Origin: Phoronis australis
Taxonomy: Eukaryota; Animalia; Phoronida
Reading direction: 5' to 3'
NCBI GenBank assembly: GCA_002633005.1
Contig: NMRA01000513.1
Location: 62,001-126,000, forward strand
Length of the DNA: 64,000 bases
A model generated the notes under the pieces. That model was not told the DNA's origin. It saw nothing but the letters and a program-made list of their open reading frames with translations, and did no database searches. The position numbers were made by a program, and so were the translations under genes. Shown one piece after another: positions 10,586 to 24,800 of this stretch (positions within the stretch are counted from its first letter, which is position 1; every line of letters starts with the position of its first letter).

Positions 10586-12791
10586 TCTAGAGAATTGAGG
10601 AAAGGGTTTGAATGAGATTTGACACAGAGTTTTGTGATGACAATGCGGTGGCACCATGAAAATTTTGGACGGATTTGACCGCTGCAACACCTTCCAGTGG
10701 ACATTTGTTTTCGACATGGGATTAGCGTTTCCGGATGATATCTAAAGTACCGATTTACGGATTTCATTGGCACTGGGCACAGAGGTGTATTCTGAGCTTG
10801 CGCTTGCACCATTTGATTTGCGGCCGGATTTGACAACTGCAGTGCCTCCTAGTGGCCACTTTGTTTGAGTTCCGGACCATATTAGAGAACCGAGTAAAGG
10901 ATTTCAATCGAAGTTGACACAGAAGTTTGTGGTGGAAATGCGGCAGCATAATTAAACTTTCGAGCGGCTTCGACCACTGTAGCACCTCCTACAGATCATT
11001 TTGGTTTCGATACCTGCTTTTGAAATGCTGTTTGGGGGAAGAGCATTTCAGGTATTTTTCATTGAAACTTAACACAGAGGTATACTATGAGATTGTGCCA
11101 GCACCATTTAATTATCGGGCGGATCCAACAACTGCAGCGTTTCCGTGTGACATGGCAGGGGTATATGATGTCATAGTGAGGGCATTGTAAAATATTCTAC
11201 CGGACTTGACCTCCTAGTGGCCATTCAGTTCTTGTCAAGAAGACTTTTCAAGTGTTGTTTGGGTTAAGAACGTTTCCGGATGATATCAAGAGAAGCAACT
11301 GACGGAATTCCATAAAACGTTTTTAGATATTTATTATTATTGATAAACAAGTACAAAACAAACAAACAAATACATCCAAGGACCAAAACTACAAAACAGA
11401 TGATTCAAATAACACAACGTACATTCAAGCCACGCGGGTGCCAAAAGTCAATCTGTACATCTCTGTATCGATGTTATCAGTAAAACATCAAGTAAAATCC
11501 CACCCGATTTACAGTTTATCAGCACACCAGTTTACACAATTTCTGGCCAATTGTTAGATCCCAGACGTTTATGAGTGGAAATCTTTGAATCATCTCGTGA
11601 ATGGTGTTGCCGCCCTCCTCTCTCTCTCCATGGGCAAGCTCATCATCATTCTTTGACTTCACTGATACGAAAGTAACACAGTAATGACGCAAAATGTGAT
11701 TAATTCATTGCACCACACGTATTTTCTAACCTTTTTCACGTTTTATAAGTTAAAAGTTCATTACTGTTCGACACACCACGAGGCTTTCCCGATCGTATAA
11801 ACAAAACACAAATTTGCGTTCCCTATCACTTATCTTTGCGTTCTCGATCGCATCTTTCAACAGAAAAGCGTAGAAAAATCAAACAAAACTACAAAAAACA
11901 AACGTTGCGTTATATTTTCACACCTCATTTCTTCATAAATTCATGGTAAATTTATTGATTTAGTGACAAAAATAACGGCAATTTGCCAAATTGTCACACA
12001 AATCACCTTTGGCTCATGCGATTCTTCTGTCAACATAACTTTTCTCCTATAATTGGAAGAGACACTGGCCTAAACCTCTACCTGCCCTTCCTCAATGAGT
12101 TGCACCTTGAACTCATGTCTCTGTTTTTACATTGAATATAAAAACAACGAAAATTCATCAAATTTAATCACCTTACCTGGCTTCGCTTCTCGCGCCAAAT
12201 TTCGTTCTCGATCGCCTTACGGGCGTTCTCGATCGCCTTGCGGGCGTTCTCGAGTGTGGGTTGGCCGGGGTGGTGTAGAAAACAAGTCAGCACACACACC
12301 TAATGATACACAAATGTGAGTCATGTGATATGCAAATCTCATTCAGCCTACAAGAAGTTATGAATAAACACGTGGACATGAGGCTCCCTGAGCTAACAAA
12401 CGTAAAATATTTTACACTGTGGTTGCAGCCATGTAATACATGTGTACCTTTTGTGCAGTTACTGCCTATTTTGCGAATCCCTCCCTTTTTTCGAAATTCA
12501 TGGCGGGCAAGGACACTGTTCCGGAGCAATCGCTGTGTACAGCTTCTGGCAGAAGAGTTTCACCCAAGTTGAGGTCTTGGTCAGACGTAGGGGCCTCCAC
12601 TTCGGTCGCACCTTGACCCTGACCTAAGGTCATTTGAATTACCGCTTACCCCGAGTAGGGTCACCGAACGTTTCGAGGTGAACAATAGCTATTGAAATCT
12701 TGAAACTTGTGTACTATTACACCTGTATATTGATATGTTCAGGTCAGCTTTGACCCGAGTGAGCATTTAGAACGGGCACTCAGAAACGAAA

Positions 12792-12840
12792 ATGTCTCGT
12801 GTACTGTTGTCGCTGTGGCTATGGTATTTTTCTCTCTCAG
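12792..12840 (+). CDS. nAChR-like exon 1 (signal peptide MSRVLLSLWLWYFSLS)
   Basis: ATG, hydrophobic run, donor CAG/gtatgt; phase 1 matches exon 2. Confidence 0.7.
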
Positions 12841-15800
12841 GTATGTCTTATTTACACATGTACATGTAAAGCATATTATAAGCTAAAATTAATAGCACTC
12901 TAGTATATATATTTGAAGGCCTGTGTGTTTTCGTTAAACAAAAAATCCATGACAATTTGCATTTACCCATCCAGTAAAGTAAGCGCTATTGGACACACGG
13001 GTAACTACAAGTGCACAGTGTGCTTGAGTTATCCCGAACTCATGACAAGAATTAAAGGAAACTAGAATCGGCAGCGACCACAAATTGCTGTCAATTTGTA
13101 GAAGTGCCTAGAAATCCGTATACATGTAAGCTTTTACCACAATTAAAGCATGAAAACAGTTAAGAAGTCAAATCAAATGTTAAGGATGTCCTCGTTTTCT
13201 AGAGATTTGTCATAAATGCAATGTTTACATTTTCTGATATCCTGTAATGGTTGCGTAATTGAGTTGACAAATGTCGTCGCTGGGACAGAACGCTATTATT
13301 TTTTGCAATTGTCACGCGGTGATACTGCAATAGCTCGTGATATGCCAGTAGGCCCATTTATTCGAAATATTTTTATCCGAGAACGAACAGTGAACGAGGA
13401 ATCTACTCTAATCCTTTAAAAGGTATCCACTGAGACGATTCAAGCTCAACTTTCTGAATATTTCTCCCAAATCGGCATTCATCTGATTTTCATTACATTG
13501 CGTTGCGTTGCGTTGTCAACGGTTCCGAGCACTTCACGTTGCCAGTGGACAGATAAATGTAAATTTACAAATACTAGTTGCTTCTCAAGATTTTCCCAAT
13601 GGTTTGAATTGGATTCCGCTTAGCAGGGTGGATTCTCACATCACTACATGTACAGTTGCAGTAACGAGGTGATCTTTAGCAGCCTACATGTACTTGGCAG
13701 AATGTCCCGGATTTCAACCTTAACCGGACAAAACAATTCTTGAGTTACAAACAGAAGCCCATGTTTTCATGCGCGCACCGACATTAAAATGGGGGCTCGA
13801 ATTTTTGAGAATGTGAACCTTTTACTAAGATTCACGGGGTACGTTCAGAGCTATGAATTGTACATTTGAAGAATTTTGGTAGTTCGTGCCTCTTTAGTGA
13901 ACTTTTGTCTCGTTTTATACCTTTCGCAGTTTTTGTTTCTCCGAGGCGGACCTTTTTGTCCACTTCACCAAATGGGGGTTAGGATTTGGGCGAATCCGAG
14001 GCGCGTAGCGCCGAGCGAAGGGACAGTTGAAAGGGGTTCCCCCCTCTCCTGTAAGATTTTCTTGGTTTTGTACCTGATTTCGTTTTCCTGGCGACGTTTT
14101 TATTTTTATTTTTGATCTTGTCCCAGGGGGGTTTGAATTCCTCTGAATCCACGTGTCGTATATGATAATCATGATGTATAAATGTACGTCAGCACATAAT
14201 CGAATACACTATTTCCACTACCTATTAGCAAAAATCACAACAAATATTAACTGAAACCTATTTCATGGCAACTGATTCCGTAATAATGCTCATTTATCGC
14301 TCTATCAAATCATTTAAAAGTGAATAGAATCAACTATCATAATTTAAAAGAGCAATAATCGGCGATAATGAACAGCACAAAAAAAATTTATTACACTGAT
14401 GTTATCTCAGAAAACGGGACTTTTTACAGGAAAAATCGATTGTCTGTTGTTTCTGTATTTCGGATATCGAAACCGATTGTGTCTCTTTGAATGTTGAGTT
14501 TTGATGGCAAAATCACGAACTCAAAAGTTTGATGATACGGCTGTAATTAGCCAGGCAAGTGAATGTTTTTGATTCAAATAGCATAAAAATCACAAGATGG
14601 CGCTTGACATCGAGTTTGGGGACTGGATGTTCTTGCCAGGCGTACATGATCTCACTCAGTGACCCTATGATTTACTCCGCCAGTTCAGTCGACTGAGACA
14701 ACGATCTGGTTTATTCTCGATGACGACTTCTCGGCAGCTTAAAAAAAACAATCAAATTTCTTTGCCGGTTTTGCCAGTGGATCATCAAGTACATGTACAC
14801 TGTACAGCAAACCTGAACAAAACAGGGACATTTGTGTTCACTGCAATAGTTTCGCTAATGCTGGCGATTACGATGTTTTTAAAAGGCCAATGCTGACGGT
14901 ATTGTATGAATATAAAAGAAAATATTTACGTATCCCGCTGTCAAAATGTTTATTCTTTTGCCAATTTCATGAGTTATTTAAGGTCACCGATGCTTCACAA
15001 CAAAATACTACCTCCACCTTTTGTGAACACATCACCTCCATGTATATATGAGCTAAGGGTATGGAGCAGAGGGTGTATTTTAACCTGTTCATTAAGAATT
15101 GAATAAGTAATTCACGGGTATGCAATAATGCTCAAAATCTATTCTGTGCCCTCGGCAAATATATTTGTGAGGGTAGTTGAGAAAGGCTTTTAACCTGTTC
15201 TTTTGTATACGTATACAAATTGAATGAAGAAGAAAGTCTTTTGACCACTCGTACACGACGTGAATAGTCTGTTTAACAAAAGAACATGTGTACTTATGCA
15301 GTACGGTCATATTGTGTTCACATAAACTAAACTAGATTTTAACTATTCCTCAGTAATAAATAACTGAGTTGTTACACTTTTCCTTTCATACCGAGAAATA
15401 CTTTAAGTTAGTGTCGATAAATGTTCCCATTGAAGAAAACATTGAACCAAATTTGGTCCGTGGCGTAAACGCGTGTAACTAAGAACGATAACTGAACAAG
15501 GACACTGCCCAGTGATTTTATAACAAAGGTGGCGACGCATATGGGACTTAAAAATCCAAGTTACTGGCTGGAGGTTAAAGTCGGAGCAGTGTCATTGAAT
15601 TTCATAGATACGCCTGTGCAATAGGTTATAAATTTAACAACTGCGCTGTCCGTTCACAACTAATTAAAACCCTTTCAAAGAGGGTAATAACCCTGCAACA
15701 GTAAAAACGGGTTTAAGCTGTTCACAACCAGTTTTGAAGACACGTTTTGCATTGATTCACCAATTTATAATGCATGATGAGTCGAAAGTTATCACTACGT

Positions 15801-18800
15801 TACAGCCCTCTTTGTGTTTGTCTTCTTTTACTGTTAATTTAAATTTCTTAAAGCTGTCGGGTATACCTAATCACGTACATATATGGTGGAATTCGAGTGA
15901 GTACCCATAATGCATAAGTCATCTGTCACTCACTACAGCAGCCTGATTAGGTGGTGGTGGTGCACAAACCAAAATAAAATTTAAACTAAAAAATCTTATT
16001 ACATTCAGATAAAATTGAAAACATTTGCAGTTGTGCTGAATGAGCATTATTCGGGCTTAGTTGTGACTGAACGAACTTGCCTTAAAATCCCTTCTAATAA
16101 TTTCTCAACTAACAAAAACCGAAAAGAGAGTCTGTGAAGTGTTCCTACCAAGAGTTATTACGCTTAAGGTTATGACGTGCGTTCACAACAAGCTTGTGTC
16201 CTTTGCCAAATATCAGCAAAATTATAGTTTTCAACTCAGTAGTAGGAAGCTTGTAGAATGGTTCTGCATAAACTCGAAGCTGAATATCGCCCTGTTTAAC
16301 GGAGGCTAAGTCTCGTAAAAATTTGTGTCGTAGTATTCCTTACCGTACTGGCATTCCATCCCTATTACCAACAGAAGAATATCAAATCTATAGTATCGAA
16401 TCAAGAACATACTTTAATGTTTAACTGGGATGGCATTAAGATGACGCTTGTACAAGTACGTATCAGCTGTGACTTGAGTTGGTAACGAAAAACGAATCCT
16501 ATCAGTGTAACGTCTACTTCGATTTACATGTACGTTTTAGTCAGCTGCATGTAAACGGGGTTTGTCCAGAAAGAGCAATGACGTGAGCTGGTGGAAACCA
16601 TCTCACACCCTCTGTCATTTAAACTCTCATTTTGCATTTTCTTTAGTCGTTTTGGGTGTCAACACTCTTGACAAAGAACTGACAAAGAAGATTCTGAAAG
16701 ACTACGAACCGTCAACCCGACCCACAAGCACTTTCCGCGATGCTGTGAATGTAACCATGGATATTGGACTGCGAGAAATATCGGAATTGGTGAGAAAATT
16801 GTCATTATAAAACTGAACATTATATTTGACTGACCCACTGATGTTAATTTACACTGTATGTGCTTAATTGTTTTCGTATTATAGGAACAATTTGATTACG
16901 TGGTTAAATACGTAAAAATTGGGAAATTTTATTTCAGAACATTAATGGATTCCTACCAGCATGATATGCGACCCTGACTGCGTGGTCGAAAAAAAACAAT
17001 AATTGAAACATCTACTGCTGAACTGATTGTTTCTTAAATTGATTATTACTTCGTTCTAATTATCCCTCTGGCTTGACAACAATGTGGTGAAACCACGTGG
17101 TCTCCAATGTTGTTCAGCATCGAGGGTGATCCGTGTATGACATCCTGGCGGTCTAGTCGGAGTTTCATGTTTGATTTGTTACTAACGACACTCGCGACCA
17201 TACATGTAGGATATTTCAAGCAATATACATGTAGTGTATATACAGGGTGTCGCAAAATGTACTCACGCTTCACTGAGTTTTTCGTTGAGAGTTTGAATTT
17301 AGACCAGGCTCCGCACCCGGACATGCTGCATGGCTACACCTTGCAATGGTAGGAGGCACAAGCTATCGCGCATCTTGCTTGCACAGGAACAGGCAAACAA
17401 ACTCCGAAATTTTAGGCAGAATTGTACTAGGAAGTCAAAAACGCCAAGGAAGTGCAATTAATTGCCTTCTTAATTTAGAATGGTTTTAATCCAGTGCTTT
17501 CTGTCGCATACAAATTTTTGATTAAGGCCAATTTCCGTTATAAAATTGGTCATAATTTGTAAGTCAAAATCGGTGTAATTTCGGGACCTGAAAAATAACG
17601 GTTCGTTTTTCTTCAGACCAAGCTAATGAAATATTAGATAACGCTGTGACCTCAACTTCTGTATATGAACTTGGTTAGAAGAAAAAACGAACTAAAGTAT
17701 CCCTTGAGCTAAGATCACTGATTGTCAATAGTAAGAAACCCTCTCACAATTTGATAATTCAGAGAGGGATTTTTCACCATATTGGGCATAAGCAGATACC
17801 AGTCTCAGTTGCCATGTTTACTGCTACTTGAGCGTTGTGAAGAAAAAAGTGAACGGAACCGAGAGCCATATCCGGCACGAGGACATAGTCGGCACAGTCT
17901 GTTGGTACACTAGATTCGTTTTGGAAATATTGAGGTGATTTTGGGAGTCATGTCGGAATGTATTGCCCTTTAAAGAAAGTTTTCAAGCTTACCAGCCTAC
18001 ATGTACATGTAATTCCAGCCACTGGAGTCGCAGAACACCGCACACCAGTATAAACGTCGCTCTTATTAGAGGGTCAGACAGTTAACATAGACGAAAAAGT
18101 AAAGAAAGCAAGTCACTGACAAGTAACATTAAAAGCCCAAATGGTGCGAAAACGAGGCTAGAGAAACGTTTGACAGATACTGCAACACAGTGGGCATAAA
18201 TACATGTACCGCGAGATTCAAGTGTCGGTGCCTTATCTGCCGGGGCAGTCCTATTCTGTAATGATGAGTAGCCTAAATAAAAAATTTCCCGCTGACAGAA
18301 ATCACGGGTTTAATACCGCATTAACAATAAAAGCAGTTATTTAAATTTCAAGACGTTTTGGTCACCTCTCTACGAATTTAAGCCACTAATCTGGTTCTTA
18401 GGTTAAAAACAAAGCAGTCAATGATATTGGAACTGTGACTGCATTTCGAGACACCCTGTATTTAAATTTGGCTTGTATCAAGTTCTATGGATTAATTACC
18501 GCTTTATATTTCAGAAACAAGCCGATCAAACGTTGACCATAAAAGCTTGGATAAGGCTGGTGAGTGTACTAATTGTCCATTTCCTTTTTCACCTGGATGC
18601 CAACCAGCTCAGGATCTAGTCAAAAGGAACAAAATAATAACAATTTGTTGTTTTTTAGATTTTACGAAGTCTTTATTATAACATCACCTGTCCTGAAATA
18701 TATGTGTCAAAACAATGTCTCTCGGTGATGTACTATATTTTTCATAACAAGTCTGGACGGGTTCTGATAGACATAGAAAATCCCGCTACTTGATGTGACT

Positions 18801-21800
18801 TGAACGTATACATGCATGCAAACAGGCTAGGCCTTATAATGCTTGATTATAGTTATCGTAAATGGCTATTGCTATGAATTAAACCAACTCGTGTACGTGA
18901 TGCCTTATATATATGAGAAGGACGCCACGGGGAAGAATTCAGTAACGCTAGTGTCTTACAAGAAAAGCAAGATCTCGCGAGATTCCAAGAGCACGTGGTT
19001 TTGGCTAATTTTTTCTCTCCACGTGTCTCGTGTATCATCAGGGACAACTTTTTGCACTCCGAGTGCAGGCATCATGCATTTTAGTTGATGCATTTTGGTG
19101 AAATTGTAATCTGTAATCCATGAGAATGAACTGTCGTAGTCAATTACAGCAACATAGCATAGGTGACCATTTCAGTCTTATGCGACGGATAAGAGTCGTA
19201 ATTTTAGTTGAATTTACACACCACGCAGGTCATGAAAATTTTTACCGGGTATTATGGTCCAGAGAGATTTTGAGGAAATCAGAATCTTAACAAATTCGTG
19301 TCCGACTCCAAAAATGTTTCCCTGTAAAAATTTCCTTGAAAAACACTCGAGATTGTATATCAATTTCTACATGGTAACGACACTAATGTCAAAGGTCTCT
19401 TCAATACGCAGGGGGTCAAGTTGATCGCCAGATTTTTAACCTGCATCCTAGGAATATGCGTGTCCTCAGTGTTTATAAGTCTCTAAGCATCGACTGCAGT
19501 GTTTCTGATACCTTCTCGTGCCTTTGCAACTGCGCATGTGGCACGGTATTTACTGGATTGCAATAAATTACACGTATACATATATAAAATTTGCGACATT
19601 GACTTTACAGTACATTCCTGATTAAGTTCAGATCTCGGCTCAGAGACGCCATTGACCAAACGCATGGCAAGGCACAGAACAGACAGACGGAAACAACAAA
19701 TTTATCTTGAGTAACAAACTGGTAACATTTGTGCAAGGAACACAACTCTGTACAGGGGAACAAAACACGAAAACACCATACCATACTATACAACATGTCT
19801 TGCAATCTAGTACAGTTTGTGAATAAGACCAGGGGCCCGTTTCAAGAAACTGACTTAAGTTCATTTTTTACTTAAGTCTAAGATTTGTCTTAACTTCCAT
19901 ACTTTGAAAATTCCACATCCGGTAAGATGGTCAAAATTAAGACAAAACTTTTATCAAAAATTTAATTCAAACTTAAGATCATTTTCTTGAAACGGTATCC
20001 AGACAAAATTAAGTGTNGAGTCATGTCGTAATGTATTGCCCTTTACAGAAAGTTTTCAAGCTTACCAGCCTACATGTACATGTAATTCCAGCCACTGGAG
20101 TTGCAGAACACCGCACACTAGTAAAACGTCGCTCTTATTAGAGGGTCAGACAGTTAAAATAGACGAAAAAAATGAAAAAAGCAAGTCACCCACAAGTAAC
20201 ATTAAAAGCCCCAATGATGCGAAAACGAGGCTAGAGAAACATTTGACAGATCTTGCAACACAGTGGGTACAAAAATACATGTACCGCGAGATTCAAGTGC
20301 TGGTGCCTTATAGGCCGGGGCAGCCCTATTCTGTAATGATGAGTAGCCTAAATAAAAAATTTCCTGCTGACAGAAACCACGGGTTTAATACCGCATTAAC
20401 AATAAAAGCATTTATTTAGATTTCAAGACATCTTGGTCACCTCTCTACGAATTTAAACCACTAATCTGGTTCTTGGGTTAAAAACAAAGCAGTCAATGAT
20501 ATTGGAACTGTGACTGCATTTCGGGACACCCTGTATTTAAATCTGGCTTTTATCAAGTTCTATGGATTAATTACCGCTTTATATTTCAGAAACAAGCCGA
20601 TCAAACGTTGACCATAAAAGCTTGGATAAGGCTGGTGAGTGTACTAATTGTCCATTTTCTTTTTCACCTGAATGCCAACCAGCTCAGGATCTAGTCAAAA
20701 GGAACAAAATAAGAACAATATGTTGTTTTTTTAGATTTTACGAAGTCTTTATTATAACACCACCTGTCCTGGATTTGTTCTGATAGACATAGAAAATCCC
20801 GCTACTTGATGTGACTTGAACTTATACATGCATGCAAACAGGCTAGGCCTTATAATGCTTGATTATACTTATCGTAAATGGCTATTGCTATGAATTAAAC
20901 CAACTCGTGTACGTGGTGCCTTATATATAAGAGAAGGACGCCACGGGGAAGAATATTCAGTAACGCTAGTGTCTTACAAGAAAAGCAAGATCTCGCGAGA
21001 TTCCAAGAGCACGTGGTTTTGGCTAAATTTTTCTCTCCACGTGTCTCGTGTATCATCAGGGACAACTTTTTGCACCCCGAGTGCAGGCGTCGTGCATTTT
21101 AGTTGATGCATTTTGCTGAAATTATAATCTGTAATCCATGAGAATGAACTGTCGTAGTCAATTACAGCAACATAGCATAGGTGATCATTTCAGTCTTATG
21201 GGACGGATAAGAGTCGTAATTTTAGTTGAATTTACACACCACGCAGGTCATGAAAATTTTTACCTGGTATTATGGTCCAGAGAGATTTTGTGGAAATCAG
21301 AATCTAAACAAATTCGTGTCCGACTCCAAAAATGTTTCCCTGTAAAAATTTCCTTGAAAAACACTCGAGATTGTATATCAATTTCTACATGGTAACGACA
21401 CTAATGTCAAAGGTCTCTTCAATACGCAGGGGGTCAAGTTGATCGCCAGATTTTTAACCTGCATCCTAGGAATATGCGTGTCCTCAGTGTTTATAAGTCT
21501 CTAAGCATCGACTGCAGTGTTTCTGATACCTTCTCGTGCCTTTGCAACTGCGCATGTGGCACGGTATTTACTGGATTGCAATAAATTACACGTATACATA
21601 TATAAAATTTGCGACATTGACTTTACAGTACATTCCTGATTAAGTTCAGATCTCGGCTCAGAGACGCCATTGACCAAACGCATGGCAAGGCACAGAACAG
21701 ACAGACGGAAACAACAAATTTATCTTGAGTAACAAACTGGTAACATTTGTGCAAGGAACACAACTCTGTACAGGGGAACAAAACACGAAAACACCATACC

Positions 21801-24800
21801 GTACTATACAACATGTCTTGCAATCTAGTACAGTCTGTGGATAAGACCAGGGGACCGTTTCAAGAAACTGACTTAAGTTCATTTTTTACTTAAGTCTAAG
21901 ATTTGCCTTAACTTCCATACTTTGACAATTCCACATCTGGTAAGATAGTCAAAATTAAGACAAAACTTTTATCAAAAATTGAATTCAAAATTAAGATCTT
22001 TTTCTTGAAACGGTATCGAGACAAATTTAAGTGTTCTCTTAAAATTTACTAAAATTTAAGATTTGTCTTAGCTAAGTCAGTTTTGTTGGAATGGGCCCCA
22101 GTGCTCCAACGGTGAGGCTATTAATACATAGACGTTTGTCTTAATACTTTTTCACTCGTTGACGGCTTTAACACAGCCTCTCTTTCATTCCTGCTCGTAG
22201 AAGAACCGACAAACCAAGAGTTCGAGCAAGTGTCCGAAAGAAACAGATAGACGCCAGTTATAAGAGCATTTAGGCCATCTAATACAACCCGACCAACAAA
22301 AACCAAAGAAATGCCGTCGGACGCCGGTTTTAGTGCAAAACGTGTGGTAGTTCGCCACCTCCTGTCATGCAACACCCTGGGTTTGTCACGTGCACTGTTG
22401 TGTGTTTAGACGTTCTACATTCAAACGGTGTTGTTGTTAAACTATTCGCATATATAAAACGCGCACATGCCCGACCACACACACACACGCGCGCGCGCAC
22501 CCACGCACACACGCACGCACGCACGTGCACACACACGCGCATACTTTTCGATGTATACGTCATTAATTCTTTCATCGTCTTACAGTCTTGGTACGACGTC
22601 TCCCTTACCTGGAATGTGTCCGACTTCAAAGGACTCACAAGAACTGAAATATCTACGAAAAATATTTGGCTTCCCGATATTGTTCTGTTTAACAGGTTCG
22701 TTTTCTCTCTTTGTCATTATTTTGTGTAAATTTGTTGAATTGCAGAAGTTTTTCACCCAATAGTGGATTGGGGTTGGGAACCCAAATTTTTATCTAAACT
22801 TGTTTTAACATTTGACTTCGCACCTCTCCAGTCTCAAAATACGAATTTGATTCTAGTTCTTTAAACAATCCTCAGAGATCGATAGTGGTTTACACACTGC
22901 TAGCTACCTCTCTTATGTAATAGAATTTAGCGGAAGTCCCTTAGTGTAGTGGCTAAGGACTAGATAGATTTGATATTTTTATTTTAGACAGTTATTCAGG
23001 TAATAGCAAAAACAATGGCCCAATTTCCTGTTGGTATCCGAATTCTCAATTAAAGTAGAAAGACCCTTAAAGTTGTATTTTCTATTTAATTATAATAAAA
23101 ACAGACTTAATCTCCGTTTCCATGATGGTGTTTGACATCCCAGGGTATATTTGCGGGCGATGTGCATTTGTGACATATAAACCCAAATACACTAGGGTGT
23201 ATAATTACACCACCTCCAGAGTTCGTGCAAATGTAAATTTACACAAGTGCAAATCTACGCTTGGCGCATGTGAACGCAATTTAAATTTACACACGGATGT
23301 ACACTGTAAAAGCAAAATCCCTTCCACAGCTTTTTATGCCACGGTTTCACTTTATACGCACCATCTTTATGAGGTGCGACAGGCATACTTACATGTACAT
23401 GGACAACTTCATCAGGACAACTCAGCTTTGGGGTTTACTTTTGCAAAGGCTCAATATTCACTTTGATGATGATCATAGGGTCTAATAATAATACATATTC
23501 TTATTCTGAATTCTAGTTAATAATAAAAACAATAAGTGTTACTAATAAGGAAACTGGTAGTAAAATTTAAGCCATTGGTTATTACTCTAATAATTAAATA
23601 TTACCAGTAACAGTAAAGATAATAATGACACCGATGAATTATAAACAGTCATTAACAGGAGTCTTATCTCAGAATATCTTGATTTTGTTCTAAGCGCTGC
23701 CGGAAGTGATTTCTACCTTACAAGTTCCGATTCCTTCGTAATTGTCAAACACGACGGTCACGTGTCCTGGAGATTTCCCGCCACGTTGGTCAGCTTCTGT
23801 CCGCTAGATGTCACCTACTTCCCATTCGATAAACAGGTAACAAAATACATTTCAAATTGTTGGAGTTTAGACGATTTTGCTTACATTTTCTAAGCATTTT
23901 CAAACCTTCTCACATTAAAATCCTATACGCAATATTCTTCGCCAACATGAGAACATGTATAGTAGCAATATTCTCTGCCTGCAGCAGGTTGATGAGTGCA
24001 CTTTTCGTTAACAGGTGTGCCATATGCAGTTCGGATCCTGGGTGTTTAATTTAGTTCAACTAGATCTTCACTCGTTAGGAGAGACTGGGGATACAGTTGT
24101 ATACAAAGGTAAGAAACCTTGTGGGGAGATTAGGGAAGGCGGGACTAGCTGAGCGAAGGGTACTGCCAATACTTCACCATGCGCGCACCCAGCCCTTGAA
24201 ATGGGGAGGCTCGAATTTGTGACAAAGTTGACCTTTTGCCCCCCCCCCCCCGGGTGCACGCATGATCACATATCCCTAGATGGCGACACAGACTTTCCCT
24301 ACAATACAGAACGGGTCTGGTGTAGAAGTTCCAATAATTTACAGATGGACAAAACATTTCTCACTCACTGATGACTCTTATCACGAAAAACACCTTTTGA
24401 ATTATACCACCTACCATTGGTAAACGTGTCTCAAGCTATTCCGTGGTCAAATTGGAGGGGAATTCAGGGCTTCGGCAGTTCGTTTTTGCACAAGATTAAG
24501 CTTCCCGAGTTGACTTGCCACGGCGTATTGTGTCTGTCTTACGTTTCGAACACTGTCTCGACCATTTAGAGTTTGTCAGGTCTTTGCAAACTCATAAATT
24601 AATACTCATCCTAGTAATGAACACATTACATTGGAATCCATTTTGTGGAGGTGCAGTGCATAGTCTAAATCAAAAGTTCGCTTATTGGACATAATTTGGG
24701 ATTATAGCCGCTTTAAATAAACAATTACCCTGCAGTGCATTTGTAGACGAAAGAATTGCCAACAGTATGTAAAAATCTCGGCTTCGTCCGGAATTTGCTA

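Larger units (their letters stand above)
9315..11322 (+). repeat. HINE/Helentron-like non-autonomous element with internal array of diverged ~140-bp units
   Basis: Starts TTTTTATGCGTCC, followed by a (TGTCCG)n-like microsatellite at ~9385-9408. About 10 diverged units share gagcgtttccgg..gatatctagagaac, cggatttcaatgaaacttgacaca and ctgcagcacctcctagtggcca. Confidence 0.65.
17945..22034. repeat. Near-identical ~2-kb direct duplication joined at N 20017 (likely uncollapsed haplotypes)
   Basis: 17945-20016 versus 20018-22034, with scattered SNPs and a ~50-bp indel; the junction is exactly the N. Confidence 0.85.

Noticed and set aside
9500-11320. Spaced repeats resembling a CRISPR array
   Set aside because: Whole ~140-bp units are homologous and diverged, with no unique spacers and no cas genes, in a eukaryotic context.
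12203-12253. 21-bp tandem repeat giving an RSRSP.G RS-like peptide
   Set aside because: About 2.5 copies of a minisatellite with no splice context.
24368-24395. CTGATGA...GAAA hammerhead candidate
   Set aside because: No stem II or stem III pairing.
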